Origin: Isoptericola halotolerans | GTDB taxonomy: Bacteria > Actinomycetota > Actinomycetes > Actinomycetales > Cellulomonadaceae | Direction: 5' to 3' | Length of the DNA stretch: 64,000 nt | NCBI RefSeq assembly: GCF_013149785.1 | Contig: NZ_JABEZU010000001.1 | Location: 310,001-374,000, forward strand | Shown: in pieces, positions 36,583 through 45,724 of the stretch | How the letters are laid out: the number at the start of each line of letters is the position of its first letter | Numbering within the stretch: position 1 is the stretch's first letter | Position numbers and translations under genes: made by a program | Notes under the pieces: model-generated | Told to the model about the DNA's origin: nothing | Databases searched by the model: none | Seen by the model: the letters and a program-made list of their open reading frames with translations, nothing else

Positions 36583-37578
36583 TCAGGCCGCCTCGAGCTC
36601 GTCGAGCATCCGCTCGAGATTCGCACGGGACGTCCCCACGTACCCGGTGACCCAGTCGCCCGAGTAGGCGCGCGGCACGACCTCGACCACGAGCAGGCAG
36701 GCGAAGTAGGCCCGGTACAGGCGCAGCCGCGTCCAGGCGGCCGGGTCGCCGTGTCCGGGCGTCCCGTCACCGAGACCGAGGTCGCCGCCGGCGTCCCGGT
36801 AGCCGCCGAGCACGTCGGGGTCCACGGCACCGGCCCCGAGCTGGTCGGCGCCGACCATCTCGAACAGAGGGTCTCCCCACAGGGCGCGCTCGGCGTCGAG
36901 CGCGGCGGCCAGCCCGTGGCCGGCGGGGTCCAGCAGGATGTTGCCCGGCCACAGGTCGGCGTGCACCAGGCGCGGCGTCGTGACGGTCGCCAGCACCTCG
37001 GCGTGGGCGTCGACGGCGGCCCGCAGGCGGCCGTGCGGCAGCGGGACGTCCCAGCGCACGGCGTCGTCCAGGACGGCCTCGACCATGGCGGCGAACGCTT
37101 CCGGCCACGTCGCCCGGCCGAGCCCGGACTCCGGGGCCGGGTAGCCGAAGCGATCGCCCGTGATCCGGTGCAGACCGGCCATGAAGCGGCCGAGCTCCCG
37201 ACGCACCCGACGGGTGGTCTCGCCGTCGAGGCCCGCCTGGTGCCAGAGGACACCCGGCACGTGCTCGGTCACCAGGACGTCCCCGTCGACGTGCTCCCGG
37301 CTGCGGTCCGTGTGCAGGAGCGCCGGCACGGGCAGACCGGCCCGGCGGGCGAGCAGGTAGGCGTGCGCCTCCGTGCCCGCGATCCCGTGCTCGTAGCGCA
37401 GCAGCCGAGCGGTGTCCGCGCCGGTCACCTTCACCACGACCTGGCGGCCGTCGGTCAGGTCGGCGCGCAGCACGGTGGCGAACAGACCGCCCGCCAGGGG
37501 CTCGACGCCCCGCACGGTCCCGAGGGATGCCAGCACGGCGGCGACCTGGTCCTCGGTGACGGTGGTCTTGGTCAGCAC
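36583..37578 (-). CDS. Aminoglycoside phosphotransferase/choline kinase-like protein
   Basis: VVVKV, LVHADLWPGNIL, LDAERALWGDP. Confidence 0.88.
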   Translation of the reverse strand: MLTKTTVTEDQVAAVLASLGTVRGVEPLAGGLFATVLRADLTDGRQVVVKVTGADTARLLRYEHGIAGTEAHAYLLARRAGLPVPALLHTDRSREHVDGDVLVTEHVPGVLWHQAGLDGETTRRVRRELGRFMAGLHRITGDRFGYPAPESGLGRATWPEAFAAMVEAVLDDAVRWDVPLPHGRLRAAVDAHAEVLATVTTPRLVHADLWPGNILLDPAGHGLAAALDAERALWGDPLFEMVGADQLGAGAVDPDVLGGYRDAGGDLGLGDGTPGHGDPAAWTRLRLYRAYFACLLVVEVVPRAYSGDWVTGYVGTSRANLERMLDELEAA

Positions 37579-37621
37579 CCGTCGAGCCTAGCCGCGCGCC
37601 CACCGGCCCGGAAGGGTCGCG

Positions 37622-38299
37622 TCACGCCAGGCCGCACTCGCGCGCGACCACGGCGGCCTGCATCCGGGAGGACACCTGCAGCTTGGTCAGCACCCGCGAC
37701 ACGTGCGTCTTCGTGGTGGCCTCGGAGATGACCAGCCGGGCGGAGATCTCCTGGTTCGACAGTCCTCGGCCCAGCGCGGCGAGCACGTCCGTCTCGCGGG
37801 GCGTCAGCCCGCCGACCCGCGGGTCGGCGGGCACGGGTGGTCCCGGGGCGGACGACGACGGCGCGGTCGCCGCGCTGAGCCGGGCCAGCACTCGACGGGT
37901 CACCTCGGGGGCGAGCACCCCGTCGCCGGCGGCGACCTGCCGCACGGCGCGCAGCAGGTCGGCGGGCTCGGCGGACTTGAGCAGGAAGCCCGCCGCGCCC
38001 GCCTGCAGCGCGCCGTCCACGTACTCGTCCAGGTCGAAGGTGGTGAGGACCAGCACGTCGGCCAACCCTCCTCCGACGATGGTGCGCGTCGCGGAGAGGC
38101 CGTCCGTGCCGGGCATCCGCAGGTCCATGAGCACGACGTCGGGGCGCAGCGCCCGCGCCATCGTCACGGCCGCGTCCCCGTCGGCCGCCTCGCCGACGAC
38201 CTCGACGTCGTCTGCGGTCTGCAGCAGCAGCCGCAGGCCTGCCCGGATGGCGGCGTGGTCGTCCGCGACGAGCACCCGGACGGGGTGGGGTGCCGTCAT
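37622..38299 (-). CDS. NarL/LuxR family response regulator
   Basis: VADDH, VLMDLRMP, LTTFD, FLLK, LTPRE..TTKTHVSR. Confidence 0.93.
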   Translation of the reverse strand: MTAPHPVRVLVADDHAAIRAGLRLLLQTADDVEVVGEAADGDAAVTMARALRPDVVLMDLRMPGTDGLSATRTIVGGGLADVLVLTTFDLDEYVDGALQAGAAGFLLKSAEPADLLRAVRQVAAGDGVLAPEVTRRVLARLSAATAPSSSAPGPPVPADPRVGGLTPRETDVLAALGRGLSNQEISARLVISEATTKTHVSRVLTKLQVSSRMQAAVVARECGLA

Positions 38300-39573
38300 G
38301 CCACGGTCCTGTCGTGCAGCGGCAGCTCGACCCGGACCACCCAGCGGTCCTGCGGGTCGTGCTCCGGCCCGGTGGACGTCGGCACCGCGGAGAACGTGCC
38401 ACCGAGGGCCTCGGCACGCTCCCGCATGGTCAGCAGCCCGTCGCCGGCGCTGAGCACCTCGGGCGCGAGGGGCTGGGTGGTCGTCGCGGACAGCGCGTTG
38501 ACGACCTCGAGCCGCAACGGGCCGTCGGCCGACCGGCGCAACGTCAGACGCACCGCGCTGCCGGGTGCGTGCTTGCGGACGTTGGTCAGGGCTTCCTGGA
38601 CGATGCGGTGCATGGCCTGGCTCACCGCGGTGGGCCACGGCTCGTCCGCCAGGCGGTCGGGGTCGTCGACCAGCACCTCGTGGCCCCACGAGCGGGCCGT
38701 CTCCACGAGCCGGTCGAGGCGGTCCATGCGTTCCGGGGCGGACACGGGGTCGCGGGGCGCGTCGGCACGCAGCAGCTCGATCATCGACCGCATCTCCGTC
38801 AGCGACTCGACCGCGCTGTGGCGCACCTGGTCCAGGGCCTCGCGGTCCCGACGGGTGTCCGGCGTGCCCGCCAGCGCGGCTCCCGCGTGCAGGGCGATGC
38901 TGGACAGGTGCGAGGCGACGACGTCGTGCAGGTCGCGTGCCATCGCCGCTCGTTCCGCCTGGACCGCCTCGTGCCGCCGTGCGGTGGCGAGCCGGTCGAG
39001 GTCGGCGGCGCGTCGGCGCTCGAGCTCGGCGGCACGTGCCGCCTCGTCGGCGCGGGCACGCTCCAGCTCCGCGAGCTCGGTCTTCTGCCGGACGTTGTCG
39101 GCCCACCACATCGGCACGAGCAGGATCGCGCCGAGCTGGATGCCCGCGAAGACGAAGACCTGCAGGCTCCGCGTGGCCTCCCCGGCGACGACGGCACCCG
39201 CGACGCTGAGGACCGCCGCCGTCGTCCACAGGGCGGTCCGGGCCCGGCGCGACGACCACAGGGCGGCGGCGTACAGCAGGTCCCAGAGCACCAGGAGGAT
39301 CGCCAGGCTGCCGCCCCACGCGAGATCGACCAGGGTGACGGAGACGCCGCCCGCCAGCGCCAGGAGGGGATGGGTGCGCTTGGCGAGGATGAGGAGGCAC
39401 CCGGCGCCCAGCAGGGCGACGCGCCACCACGGCCGCGGTTCGACGGGCGTGAGGAGCCCGAGGTCCGGGGTGAGGCCGACGAGGCCCACCTGGAGAGTGA
39501 CCAGGCCGCCCACGAACGTCAGCAGGGCTGTGCGCAGGTCCGCCCGGCGTGCGCTGGTGTCCACGACTCCCAT
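38296..39573 (-). CDS. Sensor histidine kinase (HisKA_3)
   Basis: ERAAMARDLHDVVA, RIVQEALTNVRKHA, GLLTMRERA; start approximate. Confidence 0.9.
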   Translation of the reverse strand: MGVVDTSARRADLRTALLTFVGGLVTLQVGLVGLTPDLGLLTPVEPRPWWRVALLGAGCLLILAKRTHPLLALAGGVSVTLVDLAWGGSLAILLVLWDLLYAAALWSSRRARTALWTTAAVLSVAGAVVAGEATRSLQVFVFAGIQLGAILLVPMWWADNVRQKTELAELERARADEAARAAELERRRAADLDRLATARRHEAVQAERAAMARDLHDVVASHLSSIALHAGAALAGTPDTRRDREALDQVRHSAVESLTEMRSMIELLRADAPRDPVSAPERMDRLDRLVETARSWGHEVLVDDPDRLADEPWPTAVSQAMHRIVQEALTNVRKHAPGSAVRLTLRRSADGPLRLEVVNALSATTTQPLAPEVLSAGDGLLTMRERAEALGGTFSAVPTSTGPEHDPQDRWVVRVELPLHDRTVA

Positions 39574-39692
39574 CCCAGCACGGCCGGAGGATCTGCGCGT
39601 CGGTCGAAGGGTGTACACGGCGGTGCGGGGGAGCGGCAGGATCATCCGTCCGGGCGACGACGGCGCGGGTCGTGCCGGTCGATCCTGCTCGC

Positions 39693-40481
39693 ATGGACCT
39701 CCTCGACCTCCCCGGCGCCGACGGCATGCTCCCGCTGGTCGGCGCTCTGGTGGTGCTCGCGCTGATCGACTCGACGAGCTTCGGCACGCTGCTCGTCCCC
39801 GTGTGGTTGCTGCTCGCCCCCGGGCGACCCCGGGTGGGCCGGATGCTCCTCTACCTCGGCACCGTGGCGGGGTCCTACCTGGTGATCGGGGTGGCGATCG
39901 CGCTCGGCGCCGGTCTTCTGCTCGACAGGTTCGACGGTGTGCTCGAGTCGCGACCGTGGCTCCTCGCCCAGCTTCTCGCGGGGGTCGGCCTGTTCGCGTG
40001 GAGCTTTCGCTTCGACGGCAAGCGGGCCCGCCGTCGGGCGGAGCAGGGGCGACCGTCCCGACTGGTCCGCTGGCGGGAGCGGGCGATGGGGACCGCTCCG
40101 GCCGGGAGCGGCCACGGCTCGGGCCCGAGCTCGGTGGCGACCACGAGCCTGACGCCGCTGCTGGGCCTCGCCGTCGGTGCCGTGCTGCTGGAGGTGGCCA
40201 CGATGCTGCCCTACCTCGCGGGGATCGGGCTCGTCACCGCCGCGGACCTCCCCGCCGCCCTCGCGCTCGCCCTGCTGGCGGGCTACTGCCTCGTCATGGT
40301 GCTGCCCGCGCTGCTGCTGCTCGCCGCACGGAGGGCGGCTGCCCGGCGGGTCGACCCGCTGCTGCAGCGCGCGGAACGGTGGTTGTCCAAGAACGCCGCG
40401 GAGATGACCGGCTGGGTCCTCGGTATCGTGGGAGTGCTCCTCGCGCTGAACGCGCTCGGGCGGCTGGGGTGGACCGGCTGA
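39693..40481 (+). CDS. GAP/Sap (LysE-superfamily) membrane protein
   Basis: LALIDSTSFGTL, EVATMLPYLA, YCLVMVLP. Confidence 0.82.
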   Translation: MDLLDLPGADGMLPLVGALVVLALIDSTSFGTLLVPVWLLLAPGRPRVGRMLLYLGTVAGSYLVIGVAIALGAGLLLDRFDGVLESRPWLLAQLLAGVGLFAWSFRFDGKRARRRAEQGRPSRLVRWRERAMGTAPAGSGHGSGPSSVATTSLTPLLGLAVGAVLLEVATMLPYLAGIGLVTAADLPAALALALLAGYCLVMVLPALLLLAARRAAARRVDPLLQRAERWLSKNAAEMTGWVLGIVGVLLALNALGRLGWTG

Positions 40482-40553
40482 CACGACGGCGCGCCGCCGT
40501 CACGTGGGGCGATACCCTCCGGTGGTTCTCGATCCCGTCCGAAAGGCCCCCTC

Positions 40554-40964
40554 ATGTCCGACCAGCCTCAGGACCCGCAGCAGCCGGGTCAGCCGCAGCC
40601 CGGTCAGCAGCCGTACGCCCAGCAGGGCCAGCCGTACCAGCAGCCGTACGCCCAGCCCGGTCAGCAGCCCTACGCCCAGCAGCCCTACGCGGCCTACCAG
40701 CAGCCCTACGGGTACGCCGACCCGAACGCCAAGTCGCGCATCGCCGCCGGCCTGCTGGGGATCCTGCTCGGCACGCTCGGCATCCACCGCTTCTACCTCG
40801 GCTACACCGGGCTCGGCCTGACGATGCTGCTGATCTCGGTGCTGTCCTTCGGCTTCCTGTCGTGGGCGGTGGCGATCTGGGGCCTGGTCGAGGGGATCCT
40901 GTACCTCACCGACAAGACCGGGAGCTTCTCCCGGGACGCCAAGGGCGTGCCGCTGCGCGACTGA
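40554..40964 (+). CDS. TM2 domain protein with Gln/Pro/Tyr-rich N-terminus
   Basis: KSRIAAGLLGILLGTLGIHRFYLG. Confidence 0.9.
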   Translation: MSDQPQDPQQPGQPQPGQQPYAQQGQPYQQPYAQPGQQPYAQQPYAAYQQPYGYADPNAKSRIAAGLLGILLGTLGIHRFYLGYTGLGLTMLLISVLSFGFLSWAVAIWGLVEGILYLTDKTGSFSRDAKGVPLRD

Positions 40965-40979
40965 GCCGGGCCGGTCGGC

Positions 40980-41630
40980 TCAGTCCGGCCGGCCGAGGCA
41001 GGCCGCCAGCTCGTGCAGGGAGTCGACGACGTCGACGCGCGCGGCCTCCGGACGGGTGGCGTGCAGGTAGCCCCACGGGCCGCGGCGGATCAGCACGGGC
41101 CGCATGCCGGCGTCGGCGGCGGGCAGCACGTCGTTGTCGAGCCGGTCGCCCACGTAGGCGATGCCGGACGGCGGCACCCCGGTGAGGTCGGCGACCCGTG
41201 CGAAGAACTCCGGGTCGGGCTTCTCCACGCCCCACTCGTCCGAGGTGCGGATGCTGTCGACGGGCAGGTCCATGGCCTCCAGCGCGCGCCGGGCCTGCGG
41301 CGGCTGGTTGCCCGCGACGACGACGGCGTACCCGGCGTCGCGCAGGGCGGCCAGGGCCGGCCGGACGTCGTCGTAGAGGTCGTCCGCGTCGAAGTTCTCC
41401 CGCAGGCCGTCGGGCTCGTCCGCCGCCCACCGGGCGATCTCCGCGGGCACGTCGAACCCTGGCCGGGCCAGCTCGAAGGCGTGCTCGAGCGGCCTGTCGG
41501 TGGCGGCGCAGGCGCCGATCAGGCCGAGGAACGTGCCACGGGGCAGGCCGAGCCGGTCGGCCCACCGGGAGAAGATGCGGGTCTCGTCGATCAGGGTCTC
41601 GCCGACGTCGAGGACCACCGCGCTCACCAT
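40980..41630 (-). CDS. HAD family hydrolase
   Basis: LDVGETL, GNQ, EKPDP, VGDRLDND. Confidence 0.9.
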   Translation of the reverse strand: MVSAVVLDVGETLIDETRIFSRWADRLGLPRGTFLGLIGACAATDRPLEHAFELARPGFDVPAEIARWAADEPDGLRENFDADDLYDDVRPALAALRDAGYAVVVAGNQPPQARRALEAMDLPVDSIRTSDEWGVEKPDPEFFARVADLTGVPPSGIAYVGDRLDNDVLPAADAGMRPVLIRRGPWGYLHATRPEAARVDVVDSLHELAACLGRPD

Positions 41631-41678
41631 GCCGCCGAGCCTATCCGCCGCCCCTCTCGCCTACCCCTCCCACACCGA

Positions 41679-41753
41679 CCGCGAAGTAGTACCTCCGGTG
41701 CTGCGGAAGGACGCGCGGGGTACTTCCGCAGCACCGGAGGTACTACTTCGCGG
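41679..41753. repeat. Perfect 31-bp inverted repeat with 13-nt loop
   Basis: CCGCGAAGTAGTACCTCCGGTGCTGCGGAAG ... CTTCCGCAGCACCGGAGGTACTACTTCGCGG. Confidence 0.92.
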
Positions 41754-41816
41754 CCGTCGACGTGCCGGAGTAGCGTATTCAGCGGACGTCCAGACCTCGG
41801 ACCTAGGGTGAGAGAC

Positions 41817-42674
41817 ATGACCGAACCGGCGATCCCTGTGACGCTGTCGACAGCGTCGGTGTACCCGCGTCGTGCCGCGTTCGCCTTCGAGTCCGCCGCC
41901 GAGATCGGCTACGACGGCGTCGAGGTGATGGTGTGGCACGATCCGGTCTCCCAGGACCGGCGCGCCCTGTCGCGCCTCGCGGAAGACACCGGCATGCCGA
42001 TCCGTTCCATCCACGCCCCGACGCTCCTGGTGAGCCAGCGGGTGTGGGGCCGTTCACCGGCGGACAAGCTCGCTCGCGCGGTGGACATGGCCGGCGAGCT
42101 GGGGGCGCGGACCGTCGTCGTGCACCCGCCGTTCCGCTGGCAGTACCGCTACGCGCGCACCTTCGAGGAGCAGGTCCGCACGCTCAACGCGTCCAGCGAG
42201 GTGACGGTGGCGGTGGAGAACATGTACCCGTGGCGCCCGCACTCACGGCTGGACCGGGAGCTCAAGGCGTACCTGCCCGGCTGGGACCCGATGGAGCACG
42301 GCTACGACGCCGTGACGCTCGACCTCTCGCACGCCGCGATCGCGCAGCAGGACGGGCTGACGCTGCTGCGCCAGTTCGGCGACCGGCTGCGTCACGTCCA
42401 CCTGGCCGACGGCACGTTCAACGCCCGGGACGAGCACCTGGTGCCGGGCCGCGGAGACATGCACTGCGACAAGGTGCTCACCGAGCTCGCGCAGACCGGG
42501 TTCGACGGCGACGTCGTGCTGGAGATCTCCACCCGGAAGGCCTTCGACGCCCACGAGCGGCACACCGACCTCGTGGCCGGCCTCGAGTTCGCCCGGTCCT
42601 ACCTTGCGCCGGAGCCCGTGCCGTACACGCCCCCCGAGCCGGAGCACCGCCACCTCCCGGCGGACGCCTGGTAG
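41817..42674 (+). CDS. Sugar phosphate isomerase/epimerase (AP endonuclease 2 TIM barrel) family
   Basis: LSTASVYP, GYDGVE, VENMYP, TLDLSH, HVHLADG..DEHLVPG. Confidence 0.88.
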   Translation: MTEPAIPVTLSTASVYPRRAAFAFESAAEIGYDGVEVMVWHDPVSQDRRALSRLAEDTGMPIRSIHAPTLLVSQRVWGRSPADKLARAVDMAGELGARTVVVHPPFRWQYRYARTFEEQVRTLNASSEVTVAVENMYPWRPHSRLDRELKAYLPGWDPMEHGYDAVTLDLSHAAIAQQDGLTLLRQFGDRLRHVHLADGTFNARDEHLVPGRGDMHCDKVLTELAQTGFDGDVVLEISTRKAFDAHERHTDLVAGLEFARSYLAPEPVPYTPPEPEHRHLPADAW

Positions 42675-42715
42675 GTCGCGCGCCGCGCGGTCGTGCGGCA
42701 GATGGTGCGAGGCAG

Positions 42716-43321
42716 TCAGGCGGCCAGCGCGGGCCGTGCTCCGACCGCCCGCAGGACGAACGTCTCGGCGGCGCGGATGGCACGTTCGCGCGTCTCGGGG
42801 TCCTCGGGGATGAGCCGGCCCGACAGGCAGGCGTTGACGAGCTGCACGGTGGGCTCGATGTCCTGCCGGGGGAACGACCCGAGGGCGACGCCGTCGTGCA
42901 GGATCCGCTTGAGGATCGACTCCACGATCTCGGCGTGCTCCCGCAGCCGGGCCTGGGTGGACCGGGACAGCACCGTCCGCAGGTCGGGCCCGGGTGCCAG
43001 GTGGAAGACCCGGGCGAGCTGCGCCTGCTGGCGGATGTAGGTGCGCAGCTTCTCGACCGGGTCCTGCACCTCGGCCAGCGCCCGCTCGAGCGTCAGGGCG
43101 TACTGCTCGGTCTCGTGGGTGATGAAGCCCAGGAGCAGCGACTCCTTGTCGGAGAAGTGGTTGTAGACCGCGGTGCGCCCCACGCCGGCCGCGGTCGCGA
43201 TGTCGGCCAGCGTGATCGTGTCGAAGCCGCGCTCCGCCATGAGCGTCGACAACGCCGTGAACAGCTTGTGTCGAGTCATCTGACGGTGCTCGTGCAAACT
43301 CTTCCCGATGATCTTGGGCAT
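42716..43321 (-). CDS. TetR/AcrR family regulator
   Basis: MPKIIG..GFDTITLADIATAAGVGRTAVYNHFSDKE. Confidence 0.92.
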   Translation of the reverse strand: MPKIIGKSLHEHRQMTRHKLFTALSTLMAERGFDTITLADIATAAGVGRTAVYNHFSDKESLLLGFITHETEQYALTLERALAEVQDPVEKLRTYIRQQAQLARVFHLAPGPDLRTVLSRSTQARLREHAEIVESILKRILHDGVALGSFPRQDIEPTVQLVNACLSGRLIPEDPETRERAIRAAETFVLRAVGARPALAA

Positions 43322-43373
43322 GCTGACATCATAGGCAGGCTGTGTCAGGTCAAAGGCCGCTATTGTCGCCGCT

Positions 43374-43925
43374 GTGACTGATGACACCGCTGCGGAGAAT
43401 GCGTCGGACGGCATCTCGCCGGACACCAAGGACTGGACGTGGGTCGTCGAGCGGTCCTGCCCGGAGTGCGGCTTCGACCCGACCGCGGTCGACCCCCTCG
43501 CCGTCGGTGCCGCCGTGCGGGCGACCGTGCCCGTCTGGCGCGCGGTGCTCGCCCGCCCGGAGGTGCGACGTCGTCCCGCCCCTGGCGTCTGGTCGCCCCT
43601 GGAGTACGGGGCGCACGTCCGGGACGTGTTCCGGGTCTTCGACGAGCGGCTCGCGCTGATGCTGGACGCCGACGGCGCCGAGTTCGCGAACTGGGACCAG
43701 GACGCGGCGGCGGTCGAGGGGCGCTACGAGCAGTGCGACCCCGCGGTCGTGGCCGAGGAGCTGACCGAGGCGGGCGAGGCCGTCGCGCACCGCTTCGACG
43801 CTGTACGGGCCGATCAGCTCGAGCGGGTCGGACGCCGCTCGAACGGTTCCGTCTTCACGGTGCGGACCTTCGGGCGGTACTTCCTGCACGACGTGGAGCA
43901 CCACCTGTCCGACGTCCGCGCCTGA
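43374..43925 (+). CDS. DinB superfamily protein
   Basis: KDWTWV..CPECG, WSPLEYGAHVRD, HDVEHH. Confidence 0.85.
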   Translation: MTDDTAAENASDGISPDTKDWTWVVERSCPECGFDPTAVDPLAVGAAVRATVPVWRAVLARPEVRRRPAPGVWSPLEYGAHVRDVFRVFDERLALMLDADGAEFANWDQDAAAVEGRYEQCDPAVVAEELTEAGEAVAHRFDAVRADQLERVGRRSNGSVFTVRTFGRYFLHDVEHHLSDVRA

Positions 43926-43990
43926 GCCGACACGGCCGGCGTCACACGCCGGAAACACGGGGGGCTGCCGAGAGGAGTAGTTTGCGCCAC

Positions 43991-44995
43991 ATGTCGTACG
44001 TGCAGACGCTCGTCCCTCCGGAGCACGCCTCGAACCACGTGCTCGTCGTCCCGGACTCGTGGGAGCCTGCTCAGGTGAAGGGCCTGGCCGACGCCTGGTT
44101 CCCCGACGTCCAGTGGCTGCGCGAGCCGCAGGCGGACACCGGACCGCGTCCGACGGGTGGAGCACGGTTCCGCGGCATGGCGGCCGAGCGTGCCCAGCAG
44201 GCCGAGCCGGGCGTGCTCGGCATCGGCACCGAGCACGGGGCTGCTGGCCCCTTCCCGGTGGCGGACGGGCTGTCGCCGCAGGCGGGGCTGAGCGGCAGCG
44301 CAGCCGCCTACGCCCTCGGCCGGGTGGACGGGATGTTCGACCAACGGGCCGGCCGGCCCGTGTCCACCGACGACCGCGACGGGATCTCGCGTGCCTTCGC
44401 CGCCGGCCTGCCGGAGGGCGAGGAGCTCCGGCTCGTCCAGTGGGGCGTCGCGGTCGCCCGCAAGACCGGGGGCACCCTGCTCGCCGACGGGCGCCAGCTC
44501 CTGCATCCTGATCCCACCAGCGCCGTGGACCTCACGCTGTACGCCGCGCACCCGGTCGTCGCGGGCGAGCTCCTCGGGCTGCTGAGATCCCTCGTCGCGA
44601 CGGCGGAGGTCGAGGCGCAGGAGAGTGCCGCGGACGGCACGGCCCGCACCAGGCTCGTGGCACGCACGCCGTACGACGGGACGATCGTGGTCGAGGCCGA
44701 ACGGGTCGAGCGGGTGCCGCGGGCGCTGGCGGGGCTCGAGTGGCGGGAGTACGGGCCGCACGTCGCCCGGATGTCCTGGCTGCCGCAGGACTCCTTCGAG
44801 CTGGAGGTCGAGCGCCCGTCCGGGGTCCACGTGATCGCCCGGGCGCGGATGCGGGTGCTCGTCGCGCGGCTCGCTCTCCTGCTGCACGACCAGGTCGGCG
44901 GCGCGATGGTGGACGACGGCGCGTTCCTCGTGTCGACGGCCGAGGTCGAACGTCGGACCGACGAGCAGCGCACCGCTTCACGGGCCTGGATCTGA
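43991..44995 (+). CDS. Hypothetical protein; paralog of 51440..52672
   Basis: GAGGAG RBS; DRDGISRAFAAGLPEGEE and PDPTSAVDLTLY blocks shared with the gene after dcd. Confidence 0.8.
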   Translation: MSYVQTLVPPEHASNHVLVVPDSWEPAQVKGLADAWFPDVQWLREPQADTGPRPTGGARFRGMAAERAQQAEPGVLGIGTEHGAAGPFPVADGLSPQAGLSGSAAAYALGRVDGMFDQRAGRPVSTDDRDGISRAFAAGLPEGEELRLVQWGVAVARKTGGTLLADGRQLLHPDPTSAVDLTLYAAHPVVAGELLGLLRSLVATAEVEAQESAADGTARTRLVARTPYDGTIVVEAERVERVPRALAGLEWREYGPHVARMSWLPQDSFELEVERPSGVHVIARARMRVLVARLALLLHDQVGGAMVDDGAFLVSTAEVERRTDEQRTASRAWI

Positions 44996-45020
44996 CGTCT
45001 CTGCCGCGACGAGCGTGATG

Positions 45021-45334
45021 TTGTCCACAGGCGTGTGGACCGTTCCGCAGCGGGCCGGGCATCGGTGCCCGCCCTGGTGAACGCAGGATTCCCGGTGGTG
45101 GCGGCCTCCCGGCGCGACGAGTCGGACATCCTCCGCGAGACGCCCCGAGCCGCATGATCCTGCGGTTCCTTCCTGTTACCACGTCGTTCCCGCGGACGAC
45201 AACCTGAACGCCCCACACCGTTCCGTGGGATGCGCGGCGCGCCGGATCTGGCGTGTCGTCCACAGATTTTGTCCACAGGGGTGTGGACGGTATGGGGATT
45301 CCGGGGGTCCTGCTGTGGACGAGCCTGTGGTCGA
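45021..45334. promoter_or_regulatory. Cluster of DnaA-box-like 9-mers
   Basis: TTGTCCACA at 45021 and 45269; TCGTCCACA at 45256 (+) and 45314 (-); weaker reverse copies at 45034, 45282, 45326. Confidence 0.65.
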
Positions 45335-45389
45335 AGATCTCCTGCCCCGGACCTCTTGCAGTACCCACCGAGCGGGTCTAGAAACGTGC

Positions 45390-45690
45390 CTAACGGTCTC
45401 GACAGGATGAGCCTCGAGCTCATCGGTCGGGGCGAAGGTCGACCGGAGAACGACGGACCGATCCGCACCGAGTGCGGGCCGCGGGTGACGACGCGGGTGT
45501 CCGGCGGGGCCGGAAGACCACCCGCGTCCGGGATCCTGCGGAGAACGGGCCGGTCGGGGCGACGACGCACCAGGCCCTGACCGATCCGGTGGGAGGCCCG
45601 GGGCTGTGACGTCGACACAGCGCCCCGACTGCGATCGCCGGGGAACGCGGCAATCGCCGAGGCCCCCGGCCGCCCCGGGGGCCTCGGCCG
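45390..45690 (+). ncRNA. Candidate structured non-coding RNA
   Basis: Promoter-like TTGCAG-N17-TAGAAA at 45356-45384, then about 8 consecutive hairpins ending in a 13-bp stem; no convincing ORF. Confidence 0.35.
45657..45687. terminator. GC-rich stem-loop, terminator-like
   Basis: CCGAGGCCCCCGG-N5-CCGGGGGCCTCGG. Confidence 0.6.
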
Positions 45691-45724
45691 TACCTGGGAG
45701 CGCGACCGCACGTACCCTCGGGCC

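Noticed and set aside
36583..37578. Aminoglycoside resistance gene
   Set aside because: Only the generic APH/choline-kinase fold motifs are visible; substrate cannot be inferred
40554..40710. CAGCAGCCGTACGCC-type repeats
   Set aside because: Low-complexity Gln/Pro/Tyr N-terminus typical of TM2 proteins
37703..41185. 1160-aa plus-strand ORF, and similar very long Arg/Gly/Pro-rich ORFs such as 52051..55596 and 12396..15296
   Set aside because: Shadow frames of real genes; stop codons are rare at this GC content, and the translations lack motifs and have off-frame composition
45000..45350. Chromosomal oriC
   Set aside because: DnaA boxes are present, but there is no adjacent dnaA/dnaN and no clear AT-rich unwinding element
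45230..45580. 116-aa and other short ORFs in the large intergenic region
   Set aside because: No RBS or GC3 bias evident and the translations look off-frame; a short peptide from ATG 45407 cannot be fully excluded
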